From Choristocarpus tenellus KU-1152 (taxonomy: Eukaryota; Protista; Phaeophyceae), in the NCBI GenBank assembly GCA_964200185.2, contig CAXNAD020000049.1:1-35599 (forward strand): a stretch of DNA of 35,599 bases, read 5' to 3'. Below, in pieces: positions 26,301 to 35,234 of the stretch (position 1 is its first letter; every line of letters starts with the position of its first letter). A program made the translations under genes and the position numbers. The notes beneath the pieces are model-generated. The model did not search any database. It saw only the letters and a program-made list of their open reading frames with translations, and had not been told where the DNA came from.

Positions 26301-28880
26301 TTGATACAGTTGACCTGCACACCGGTCCATACAAGTCACTTAACCACCCTCAATCGGCCCAGACCATCAGATCAGACAAGAGTACTTTCGAATGATCGAT
26401 CATCCACGAAGTCTAATCTTGAAAATAAAGGTTTACCAATGATGAGAACAGGATAGGTACTCTCTTTGCAAGAAAGGATATCCAAACTAGACAATAACTC
26501 TTGCCGTAAAAAACATGCTTCAATTATCATTGTTTATCGTAGGAGGGAAGCAAAGGGAAACACAATTCCAATCCACCTTGACACCCCCTCCCTCCCCTTC
26601 CCTTTCCTCACACTGCATATTCAAAATGTTGTTGACACGCTGTCCCACCTCCACCTGCAAGAATCTGTAAGGAAAGTATGATGATGTTTTGACCCTGTCA
26701 CGTTTTGAACCCTTTAATGCCATTTTTCATTGCTGTACCACCAAGGTACATCAAGTTCTGCACCAACCTTATTGAGCTCCTCTAAACACAGTGCAGAGCC
26801 TTCTGCCTCCTTGTTCAGCTCATGATGCGCAGAGTTCACCTGACAATCATTTTTTTTATTAAAAAAACAAAAAATACACACCCGCACACAATGCATATAC
26901 CGGTACAAAAAGGGTGTAGGGGGGAGAGTGGTTAGGACAGGTCTTCACGTCCAGGACAAATTGATTTGTTCAAAGTATATGGGGGTGTGTGTGGCGACTG
27001 TCCATTTGGGTTCAAGTTTTTCAAGTCGCGATTTTTGGGTGATTTGGTTGCATACGTCGGATGGATAATAATGTGAGTGCACCTTTCCTGGTTTGGGGCC
27101 AAATGGACACCCTGGTGTAGACAGCCCCCCCCCAAAAAATACTTTGGGTCAATTCACCAGTGCAGTAAATATGTATCTTCTATTAATAATACTGCAATGA
27201 TCCCAACAAAAGTACACACAATTACAGGTAGTCCATATCCACATGCATCATCTACATACAATTTCTCCTTTCATGCTCACACCCATAAACTTCTTCTACC
27301 CTATTGTCTACAATAACAAACCATGAACACACATACACTGCATAAGTATACAAACACAGCGACAAGACAGAGAGTACTATTGTTGCTATCATATCACAGG
27401 TTGTCTTCATGACTCTCAAGATAGTCTACCGCTAGGACAATAGAACCACACTAAGGAGTGCATCGCAGTAAAAATAACAAAAATATATTGCATGTTCCAT
27501 ACCAATCCTACTATACTTGTTTCTATAATAGACTGTACAGGAGTATGTACATGCTGGCTTCACCATCATAGACAATAAAAATAAGAACTGCCTATCTTTA
27601 CAACAATGAGGACATCAAGCATATACATTCTGTTGCTGAATTGGACGGCTTTAGTACAGGAAATAGTACAAAATATGTGGAATTGTGTATACCATCACCT
27701 TCAAGTACTCTTCGAAGCATCATTAGTATCCGTTGAGGAGTTCAAACAAGTTTTGCTGGGACATCCTTTTCTAGTCAGATGCTGAGATCTTGTCAAAAAG
27801 AAGTGGATTTCTTGGAACAAAAACACTATCAAACCACTCCTGACATCTTTCAGTCACAAGCCTCACAAAAACAAAAAGTCAGAACAGAAATATTTTTGTG
27901 AAACATCCCACTGACACAGGATATGTTTTCCTCTTCCCAAGGAATCCGCTACTGCTGAATATATTGAACTCATAAATACTATCACTATTGCCGCTACAAA
28001 AGCTACTTCTAACAATGCAAAGGAAAGCAGGGTCTTCAAAATAACCTCAGGAGTTAACTATTGGCTAGTGACCAGTGAGTGTGGTGGGCCGAGCAGGCAA
28101 AGTAGAACACCATGCATCTCATTTATTTGAAATTCCCCCTCCCCAGTCAAACTCCTAAGGCACCCCCCCTTCCCCCCTCACCTCCTCTACCATCCGCACC
28201 ACCTCCTCTGCTTCATCAAGGTTTCCAGCTTGCGGTAGCCGCCCAGCCCTCTCCCAGAAGGCCCAGAGCCCAAGCAACGTTAGGTGAAGCTGCTCAGCCC
28301 GGCCAAACTTCGCCCCATCAGTAAAAAGGAGCATGAACTCCCCCTCCGCCATCTGCAATCAAACAGTAGCCGTGGGGACAACAAACAACATTATACTTCT
28401 CAAACTATTCTCTACTCTATGGAGGTGAGAGGTAGAGGAGGGACAGGGGAACTGCCAATTGAAATCTTTGTTTATGGGAATGCACACACGAATTTGATGT
28501 AAGCATTATATTGGCATGTTTCACAATGCATCCCTACATAACAACAGTGAGTGACTAATAAAACTAGATACACATTATGATTGCGGTCTAAATAAAGAGA
28601 CAAAGAAGTGCTTGCTACGTGTCCAGCAGTAAGGTAGCATTTCAAACAACATCAAGAATCTTCAACCTCCGAGGAAAATAAACAAACCTTACCATTAATT
28701 AACCAAAGCAAACAATGGATACATACAGGGGGTCGGGGATTAGGAAGTATGGCATGAAAAGGAAATGGATGGAAAGAAAAAGATGTGCATTCATGAAAAA
28801 AAATGAATTACAAAGATGCTCACCAGTTGCTGGAGGCATTGCTTGAGAGGCTGGTAAGGCTTGGTCACAGAGATCTTCAC
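11275..28880 (-). CDS. UBA1: Ubiquitin-activating enzyme E1 (UBA1 family), 5'-partial; 22 exons joined: 28880-28824, 28352-28182, 26839-26768, 25877-25755, 24927-24784, 24214-24107, 23632-23528, 22528-22401, 22043-21980, 21499-21375, 20651-20570, 19731-19528, 18100-17899, 16937-16831, 15921-15865, 15296-15175, 14798-14687, 14223-14142, 13854-13702, 12975-12896, 12183-12100, 11394-11275
   Basis: Spliced translation is colinear with known E1 enzymes: [26 protein letters not shown] (ATP-binding GxGxxG), [48 protein letters not shown] (catalytic Cys, codon 21425-21427), [41 protein letters not shown]-terminal UFD ending [10 protein letters not shown]. All 21 junctions keep frame; total 2502 nt. 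Confidence 0.96.
12100..12183 (-). CDS. UBA1: UBA1 exon U ([28 protein letters not shown])
   Basis: TAG acceptor, GTGAGT donor, phase 0/0. Confidence 0.83.
12896..12975 (-). CDS. UBA1: UBA1 exon T ([27 protein letters not shown])
   Basis: CAG acceptor (phase 1), GTGAAG donor; UFD 'G...LY' segment. Confidence 0.83.
13702..13854 (-). CDS. UBA1: UBA1 exon S ([11 protein letters not shown]...[28 protein letters not shown])
   Basis: CAG acceptor, GTCAGT donor; T.WD start of ubiquitin-fold domain. Confidence 0.92.
14142..14223 (-). CDS. UBA1: UBA1 exon R ([27 protein letters not shown])
   Basis: TAG acceptor, GTGCGT donor (phase 1); YK....NL.L..F.FSEP motif. Confidence 0.93.
14687..14798 (-). 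CDS. UBA1: UBA1 exon Q ([37 protein letters not shown])
   Basis: CAG acceptor, GTGAGA donor; [10 protein letters not shown] motif. Confidence 0.96.
14817..14840. repeat. (AT)12 microsatellite just upstream of exon Q acceptor
   Basis: Perfect dinucleotide run. Confidence 0.95.
15175..15296 (-). CDS. UBA1: UBA1 exon P ([41 protein letters not shown])
   Basis: CAG acceptor, GTCAGG donor (phase 2); FEKD motif. Confidence 0.95.
15865..15921 (-). CDS. UBA1: UBA1 exon O ([19 protein letters not shown])
   Basis: AAG acceptor (tandem AAG/GAG), GC donor CAG|GCAAGG; joins in phase 0 to exon P. Confidence 0.72.
16831..16937 (-). CDS. UBA1: UBA1 exon N ([36 protein letters not shown])
   Basis: TAG acceptor (phase 1), GTGACC donor; resembles E1 'VP.F.P..G.KI' segment; boundaries less certain. 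Confidence 0.78.
17899..18100 (-). CDS. UBA1: UBA1 exon M ([18 protein letters not shown]...QQRSRD)
   Basis: AAG acceptor; FW.G.KR.P motif; preferred donor G|GTATGA (phase 1), alternative end at 17876. Confidence 0.86.
19528..19731 (-). CDS. UBA1: UBA1 exon L ([10 protein letters not shown]...[14 protein letters not shown])
   Basis: TAG acceptor, GTGTAT donor; I.QL.HNFP motif. Confidence 0.92.
20210..20235 (+). repeat. Interstitial telomeric repeat (TTAGGG-type, ~4 units)
   Basis: AGGGTTAGGGTTAGGGTTAGGGTTAG, perfect, in UBA1 intron K/L. Confidence 0.9.
20570..20651 (-). CDS. UBA1: UBA1 exon K ([27 protein letters not shown])
   Basis: CAG acceptor, GTGGGC donor; continues WAR|AQFEDLF. Confidence 0.92.
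21375..21499 (-). CDS. UBA1: UBA1 exon J with catalytic cysteine ([10 protein letters not shown]...[21 protein letters not shown])
   Basis: CAG acceptor, GTGAAG donor (phase 2); PxCTxxxxP active-site signature. Confidence 0.96.
21584..21598. repeat. G15 homopolymer
   Basis: 15 consecutive G. Confidence 0.9.
21980..22043 (-). CDS. UBA1: UBA1 exon I ([21 protein letters not shown])
   Basis: CAG acceptor, GTTTGT donor; conserved motif. Confidence 0.95.
22401..22528 (-). CDS. UBA1: UBA1 exon H ([43 protein letters not shown])
   Basis: AAG acceptor, GTACAA donor (phase 2); ALDN motif. Confidence 0.93.
23528..23632 (-). CDS. UBA1: UBA1 exon G ([35 protein letters not shown])
   Basis: CAG acceptor, GTACTT donor; SNLNRQFLF motif. 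Confidence 0.95.
24107..24214 (-). CDS. UBA1: UBA1 exon F ([16 protein letters not shown]...VTDNDRIE)
   Basis: CAG acceptor, GTGAGT donor; nucleotide-binding loop. Confidence 0.95.
24784..24927 (-). CDS. UBA1: UBA1 exon E ([11 protein letters not shown]...[10 protein letters not shown]...KTFM)
   Basis: TAG acceptor, GTGAGG donor; RYD..IA.FG motif. Confidence 0.93.
25755..25877 (-). CDS. UBA1: UBA1 exon D ([11 protein letters not shown]...[20 protein letters not shown])
   Basis: CAG acceptor; GC donor CAG|GCAAGT; highly conserved E1 motif continuing as ...PLNQ|WLHLD. Confidence 0.93.
26768..26839 (-). CDS. UBA1: UBA1 exon C ([24 protein letters not shown])
   Basis: CAG acceptor, GTTGGT donor, phase 0/0; bridges exons B and D in a weakly conserved region. 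Confidence 0.78.
26967..27150 (+). mobile_element. MITE family B, copy 2 (184 bp), in UBA1 intron
   Basis: TGTTCAAAGTATATGGGGG...CCCCAAAAAATACTTTGGGTC imperfect TIR; inverted GTCCATTTGG/CCAAATGGAC motifs; flanks ATT/AAT. Confidence 0.85.
28182..28352 (-). CDS. UBA1: UBA1 exon B ([23 protein letters not shown]...VVRMVEE)
   Basis: CAG acceptor, GTGAGG donor; TDxAKFxRxxQLH motif. Confidence 0.92.
28824..28880 (-). CDS. UBA1: UBA1 exon A ([19 protein letters not shown]), most 5' exon found
   Basis: CAG acceptor, GTGAGC donor, phase 0/0; resembles E1 'QVKxPKKISFKSL' segment. Confidence 0.8.
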
Positions 28881-28984
28881 CTGCACAGAGTCCAACCCAA
28901 ACAGAAGTGGCCAGGGTTGAGGGAAAGGGAGGGGAGTGGGAGGAGTATTTCGAGCAATGCATAAATATTTTGATCTGGGTGGAG

Positions 28985-29357
28985 AAGGCGTTGGCCATGA
29001 AATGAGGCCCTTAGAGAGAGGGTGTGGGATCATACAAGATGTACATTGAGTCGACCCCTCTCAGCCCTTGGTGGTGCTTGGGAGTGGAGGCGGGACTACA
29101 TAGGTGAACAGGCATGGTCAAATATCTGAGTAGTACTTGTCCACCCCTATAGTCATACCCCCACTCCCAAGCACCAGCAAGGGCCGAGAGGGGTCGACTC
29201 AATATTTGCGTCTTGTATTATCCCACATCCTCTCCAAGGGCTTCATTTCAAGACTAACACCATTCTCGGATATTTGACCGTACCTGTTCACACCCTTCGT
29301 CCCACCTCCACACCCAAGCACTAGCAAGGGCTGAGAGGGGTCGACTCAATGTCCATC
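28985..29357. repeat. Inverted repeat (~125-bp arms 28985-29112 and 29136-29264) plus third partial unit 29265-29357
   Basis: ATTGAGTCGACCCCTCTCAGCCCTTG..GTGCTTGGGAGTGG occurs once forward and twice as reverse complement. Confidence 0.88.
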
Positions 29358-29480
29358 ACATTATGGAGAGGTCGATCCAGTCATCTGCAGCTCCATTCCT
29401 TTCGATCCTGCCCTGCCCCAACCCTGAGGAAGGGCAGAATATCTCACCCCCTGTGTCCTGTACTTGGCATGAGAATGCCT

Positions 29481-29570
29481 CATCTCCCAGTACAATATGT
29501 GCTACCCTTGTCATCTCATCTCCCAGTCCAATATGTGCTACCCTTGTCATCTCATTTCCCAAACTCCAAT
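29481..29570. repeat. 36-bp tandem repeat, ~2.4 copies
   Basis: CATCTCCCAGT(A/C)CAATATGTGCTACCCTTGTCATCT twice plus a degenerate third start. Confidence 0.9.
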
Positions 29571-30786
29571 TTCCTTCTCGATTTACTCCTTCCACAAGCT
29601 GAACATTCTTTCGCCTCTCCCTTGTGCCGGGGGACTGATGCACCTTGAAATAGTTGGCGCACTACATGACTACCCTGCACAAATACTCACAAGTTGATTT
29701 GAGCGACCGTAGACCAGCTATTGCGCCCGGCAAAGAACTCCTCTCTTGTCTTTGATTGTTGTACCCTTTCACTCAGTGCCCCCCAGGAAGGGCTTTGAGG
29801 TCCCCGAATAACCTTACCAACTCCTCTCACGTGAGGCGTTGGATCTGAATATTGTCAGTGCATCCGCTCACCTTGCCCCCCCCCCAGGTTTCCCCTTCCT
29901 AAACCAGAATTGATTCCAACCTTGGATCCTCTTGTTCCTGAATGAACACAGCCAGCCTGTTGAACACATATTCTACAGAAGTTTGGAGACAGTCTTAGCA
30001 CTGACCGTGAGTCCTCCAACCACCATCCAACTTCAAAGAGCAATCCAAACACCAGTTTGTCCTGCTCCTGTATTCACAGACATGTGTTGTCTGTTGCCTT
30101 TGTTGCGGTTGTGACTAACACACCCACTACTGCTAACCAGTAATCATACCCGAGAGGATTTCTAATACTGTTGTGAGCCCTACCATGAGCAGTTTTTTTC
30201 CGGCCTGTGCCACCATATGAACCTTGTTCCTGAATTGGTCCATTACCCCATCCTCTTGTCGCCCTGTGTTGCTGTACTCCCAGCAGCCTCCTACCGACAT
30301 CCCTCTGTAAGATCTACAATGTTCCGAGATATCCCCAACCACTCCATTGTAGTGAGGTAGATGACTTGAAGCGTACCAAACCATCTGGTCCCCTTATATG
30401 CCCCTCAGGACTTCCACTCACACTTACCCATGCTTGCCATTTCCAACAAAATGGTACCTGCACACAACTTTCTTTGAGGTCAGGGTCATCCCAATGCTGA
30501 AGAAGTTCCACTCTTCTCATCTATCATTGTATGTAGGTTCTGCTGATGTGCACTCTCCAGACCTTGTGTACTTACACAGCAAGGAAGTACTCTGGAACAG
30601 TTCCCAACTGTTGGTAGAGGGAAGAGATAATCTGAGCAGGTACTGTCCTCACAGTTGAGGAACATCTGAGCCACCCCCCTCTGCCATACCCGCTCTCCCA
30701 CAATTGCTGAAATACTGAATCCTTGGACGTATAATGGTCAGCCACGACATGCAAAATGCCATCTCTTCTCTTGATCAAAAATGCAG

Positions 30787-30950
30787 CAGATATTGTACAT
30801 GGAGTTTTTCCCGCCCCACAAAGCATAGCACGGACCCACTATCCTCATGAAATTCAAAATGCAAACTATCTTCTTCATTGAAGATGGTACAGATATTGTA
30901 CATGGAGGGGTTTTTTTTCCCACCCCACAAAAAATAACATGGACCTCTGC
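30787..30950. repeat. Imperfect direct repeat (~55 bp, ~100-bp period)
   Basis: CAGATATTGTACATGGAG..TTTTTCCC(G/A)CCCCACAAA..ATA.CA.GGACC twice. Confidence 0.75.
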
Positions 30951-32067
30951 TGCATTTTCCATTTGTCTCAGAACCCATGAACGAAGATGAGCTCGCATCA
31001 CCCTCCATGTAATGACAGTGACAGGTACTAGTACCGACCGAAAAATAACCCCCTCCCTTCTTATTTTTTTGTGCAAGTACAACCAAGCCCAATTAACAAA
31101 AAAACATCATTTTTAAGTCCTCTGAGTGACATGACAAACTCATCTTAGCCCTTGCAGGATGAGTGATTTGTGCCCCCCGTCCTCCTTGAATCTATGCACA
31201 ATAATGTGGATTCAAAGTATATTATCCAAATCGAAATCCAACAAAATAAAATAGTGCCCCCCAAACAAAAAGCGAGTGAGTGTTGACGAGTTGTTGTCCT
31301 ATGCACACACACACACATACACACACAGAGAGAATGCAGTAGTAAAAGATCAATACCAATGAACCGAAAAGAAAAGTCAACACTCCTCAAATGAGGTCTC
31401 ATTTCCATCGTTGAGGTGGAACAAAGGGGCGAGACTTCCATTTTCTGGGCTTGCTCACCATGACATTCCTGGAGGTCACCCTTGCATTTGTTGTGGAACA
31501 AGGGAAAGGAAAGAAGGCAGTCACGGATACGCAGCAGTAATTATGTAAGAGTGGGAACATCATAGCACGGCTGGCCACAACTTGGCACAAAAATGGACTT
31601 CGGCAAACTCCCTATGTATCACAACCTCAGCAGGGTCTCAAGCGTACAAGATGTTCTGCCGTCTTTTTCCTTTTCCTGAGAGGCTCAAAATTAGTTTTTA
31701 TCGGCTTTTGTTCGATAAACTATCCAATTTCTCAACCAATACTTGGCTTTCAAAGGAATTCATGCGTTTTTGTCCACAAGGTTTGGTTTCCATATACCAT
31801 TGGAAGGTGTTTGTAACAGCGAACGTCATTTCTCTGTATAACACGGAAGAATTATACACGAGATGCAACTCCCAAGGCAAAAGAGTACATTTTTTTCACT
31901 GTCATACCACTCCCCGGTCCATGGTATCGGACACCACAGATGAGGGGATGCTATTTTTTTTTGTTGGCAAGAACACTTTGAATTGAACGTGTTTGGTCAA
32001 TGTACCAGAGTACACTGTAGTAGAGGAAACCCAACGCACCCAATACTTCACAATATGCACCACTCAC

Positions 32068-33180
32068 CTCTTAACCTTGCTCTCTGTATTGGTAGAGTTG
32101 TTCCAGAGGGGATGGTTAAATGGATTGACCTGAGCCATGTCTGGATTCTCTTCAGGAGGCAATTCAGCAAATACAGGGTTGATGGGTGCAACAATAGGCA
32201 CAGGAGGGTTGTCAGGGCATCCCTGAGCAGCATCCGATGATGGCACCGCGGCTTCCTCCTCCTCAACAGATCTATTACTACTGGTGACGTCGGTGCTGGT
32301 ATGTGTAGTGCTCTCTGTGCTGTTGGCGCTGTCAGCAAAGCCTGTCATATTGTTGATAGTCGGTTGTGCTATTAATGGTTTGCAAGGTGCCATGTCGGAA
32401 TGCCCTTCAGCAGGCCATTCAGTAGACGGAGAGGGGTTGTCAAGGAATCTCTGAGCAATGTACCGTAACGGCACAGGGGTTTCCCTAGCCAAAGTATCTT
32501 AGAGGGTATGGCCGTGTCCATTTGGGGCCCAAAATCCAATGTTGCGATTTTGACATAATTCTGGCTATCGCGCTCGTTAGAAAGTGTCATTATCCTTGTT
32601 CCAGACACACCTTTTCAAAACGTATACATTTAACTTACTCCGAAACATTTTGGAGTAGGGAAATGTCATATAAAAAAACCCATGGGAAGCCAAGCCTCAA
32701 ATGGACAAACAGGGCAAAATTTGTACCCTCTAAGATACTTTCACTCCCTCCTCCTCAACTGCTCTACTGCTGCTAGTGCTCTTGGTGTTCTTGGCAGCAT
32801 TTACAAATATCTATCCAATCGGTGATCTTCGATTGTTGGGTGAATGTTTTGCGAGGTGCCATGTCGGAATTTCCTTTCAGCGGGCCATTCAGTAGATCCA
32901 GCCAGGGCTGCTTCGTGGAACCATAGGCAGAGAGGGGCTGTCGAGGCATCCCTGAGCAATGTCCTGGGATAGCACAGTCGATTCCTCCTCCTCAACAGCT
33001 CCACTGTTTGTGCTGTTCTGGTTGTTGGTGTTGCTAGTAGTGAAGCTGGTGCTACCAGTAAAGCCTCAAATTGATGATGGTGGGTTGTAGAGTGAATTGG
33101 TTGTGTACGTGCATGACTGGATTTCCTTGAGCAGGCCATTTTGCAGATCCAGAGCTGCTGTGTTGAAGTATAGACAGAGG
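32068..33180 (-). pseudogene. Decayed coding sequence for an acidic Ser/Thr/Pro-rich ~76-85 aa repeat protein of unknown family
   Basis: Recurrent peptide SSxRAVEEE(E/D)xxVxxxDxAQGCxDNPPxP...EWPAEGNSDMAPCK; frameshifts and MITE insertion; ends at a consensus AG|GTGAGT donor (32067-32062). Confidence 0.45.
32486..32746 (+). mobile_element. MITE family A, copy 4 (261 bp), nested in a repeat arm
   Basis: TAGCCAAAGTATCTTAGAGGGTA...TACCCTCTAAGATACTTTCACTC; flanks CCC/CCT; paralogous empty site near 34030-34052. Confidence 0.92.
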
Positions 33181-35071
33181 TCTCTTGTACATCTCGTACT
33201 AGTCAATTAATCCTCAATACACCAGTACTTAGCAATTTACGTATATCTGAAGAAGTACACTAGAGGAATCCATCATACCCCTACTCTTGAAAGATTCCAC
33301 GTCGAAGCACCTGCCTCATACAAAAGACACCAACTTGTGGTAGTGGATCCTTGTACCCTGCTGCTGTTCTCCCTTCCCTGCCCAAGTCCCATCACCTGCT
33401 TAACACACAAACGCACACAAAACATTCACCCAACAACCCTCTATCCCCAACTGGACGGGCTTTGCCACTGGCATCAGCAGCACAGATAATAGTGACAGTA
33501 CAGAGAGCACCAGGAACACCAGCAGTAATAGAGCGGTTGAGGAAGAAGACACTGCTGTGTCATCACTGGACGTTGCTCAAGCGTTCTTCGACAGCCCCCT
33601 TCTGGCTATACTTCCTCACAGCAACCCTGGATTTGCCAAATGACCTGCTCAAGGAAATTCAGACATGCACGTACACAACCAATTCACTCTGCAACCCACC
33701 ATCATCAATTTGGCAGGCTTTGTTGGTAGCGCCAGATTCACTCACACTACAAGGAACATCAACAACCAGAACAGCACGAGCAGTGGAGCTGTTGAGGAGG
33801 AGGAATCGACTGTGTTATCACTGGACATTGCTCAGGGATGCCTCGACAACTCCCCTCTGCCTATGGTTCCACGAAGCAGCCCTGGCTGGATCTACTGAAT
33901 GGCCCGCTGAAAGGAAATTCCAACATGGCACCTTGCAAAATATTCACCCAACAACCGAAGATCACCGATTCGACAGGATTGGCGAGCACTACCAAGAGCA
34001 CCAAGAGCACTAGCAGCAGTAGAGCAGTTGAGGAGGAGGACACCCCTGTGCCATTACGGCACGTTGCTCAGGGGTGCCTTGACAACCCCTCCAGCTGCTA
34101 CATTCCTTGGAGTTCGTGTTTCATCATCTTTGTATAGATTCTTGTAGTGCTACATTTGTTTTTGATCAAGTCACTGAATGCTGAGTGCTAGAACGTTATC
34201 GATATAACAGAGGATCTTTGGTATCTAGAAATATTTAACTACCAGTCTATTTGCAGTTCCACGATTCAGGGGTGCTATATTTTGCACCTATATGGGTTCG
34301 TCCAAGAGGAAAAACTAAATCTCCTGAATTAGAAAACACCAAGTCATGAACTAAGCATCTCAACATTCAGTCTTCAACAAATGAAACCTTCTTCTTTGTA
34401 CTGTGAGTACATGGTAGTGCTGCAAAGGATGCATAGTCAAATAACGTCAATGAGGGTTAACACCATGTTTTCGTAATCGCAAGAACAAGCAAATCGTGCT
34501 GCCACAAAGACGAGGAAGGTGGGAGGGCACCTTTGTCGAGATTGCTCTCCTCTGCCTGGCACATGATTGGTTGCGATTTGAATGGTGACAAGAGAAAAGC
34601 ACCTCGGTCAGCAGTTCACGATTTTCCAATTGCTGGTGCCAAGGTCTCCATATATTTACCAAGAGGGCGTTCATTGTTGACACGCTTGCAAGTAGTTGAT
34701 TCAGGTTTGTCTCTAAATGAGGACAACATCCACAGAGGTTGTACTTGCATAAGATCATGTACTTTACATTTTGAGACAAAACTAACAGCATTTATGGGTA
34801 ATCACACCGTCAAAATGCTGGACTGCTCCTGTGAGGAAATATATCTATACCAGGTTGTCAACTATGTGTTAGAATGTGCCCCATATCTGCCTCGGTTCTA
34901 CAGATTCTGGCAAATGAATGAGTATATTGCCTACCATTAAGAAGATGGTTTGAGGGCCTCCGTATAGCAACACCCCCCTTGGCATGTATTGTGCAATGAC
35001 AAACAAATTTTCCCTTTCCTCTTCTTCACCATTGTTTCAAGTTTCGTGATTTAGGGGCGATATGGGAATTA

Positions 35072-35234
35072 GGTTCAAAGTATCTGGGGGGGGGTGGTGG
35101 CTGTCCATCCATTTGGGGTCAACTTTATCATGTCGCGATTTTTGTGTGATTTGGTTGCACTTTCCCTGGTTTTGGTCCAAATGGACACCCTACACCCTGG
35201 CGTAGACAGCCCCTCCCCCAAGATACTTTGGTTC
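35072..35234 (+). mobile_element. MITE family B, copy 3 (163 bp, internal deletion)
   Basis: GGTTCAAAGTATCTGGGGG...CCCCAAGATACTTTGGTTC; lacks the segment between two TGCA 4-mers present in copies 1 and 2; flanks TTA/ATA. Confidence 0.85.

Larger units (their letters stand above)
32068..34092. repeat. Fold-back duplication of a ~230-255-bp tandem repeat (arms ~32430-33180, MITE-interrupted, and ~33598-34092)
   Basis: Long reverse-complement match between arms; recurring unit GTTGAGGAGGAGGA...TGCTCAGGG.TGCC..GACAAC at 32267, 32759, 32996 (minus) and 33536, 33791, 34027 (plus). Confidence 0.9.

Noticed and set aside
11275-28880. Non-conventional (euglenid-type) introns or a non-standard genetic code
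   Set aside because: All 21 introns resolve as GT-AG or GC-AG and the exons contain no in-frame stops under the standard code.
29481-29570. 36-bp repeat as CRISPR
   Set aside because: Head-to-tail copies with no spacers, no cas genes, eukaryotic context.
30280-30345. 'GDISEHCRSYRGMSVGG' as the missing upstream UBA1 exon
   Set aside because: Resemblance to GDTS..Y..GG is loose, spacing is wrong and I found no fitting phase-0 Q|GT donor.
33351-34013. 220-aa ORF (longest in track) as a functional gene
   Set aside because: It lies mostly in an alternative frame of the decayed repeat, has a TTG start and no recognisable domain.
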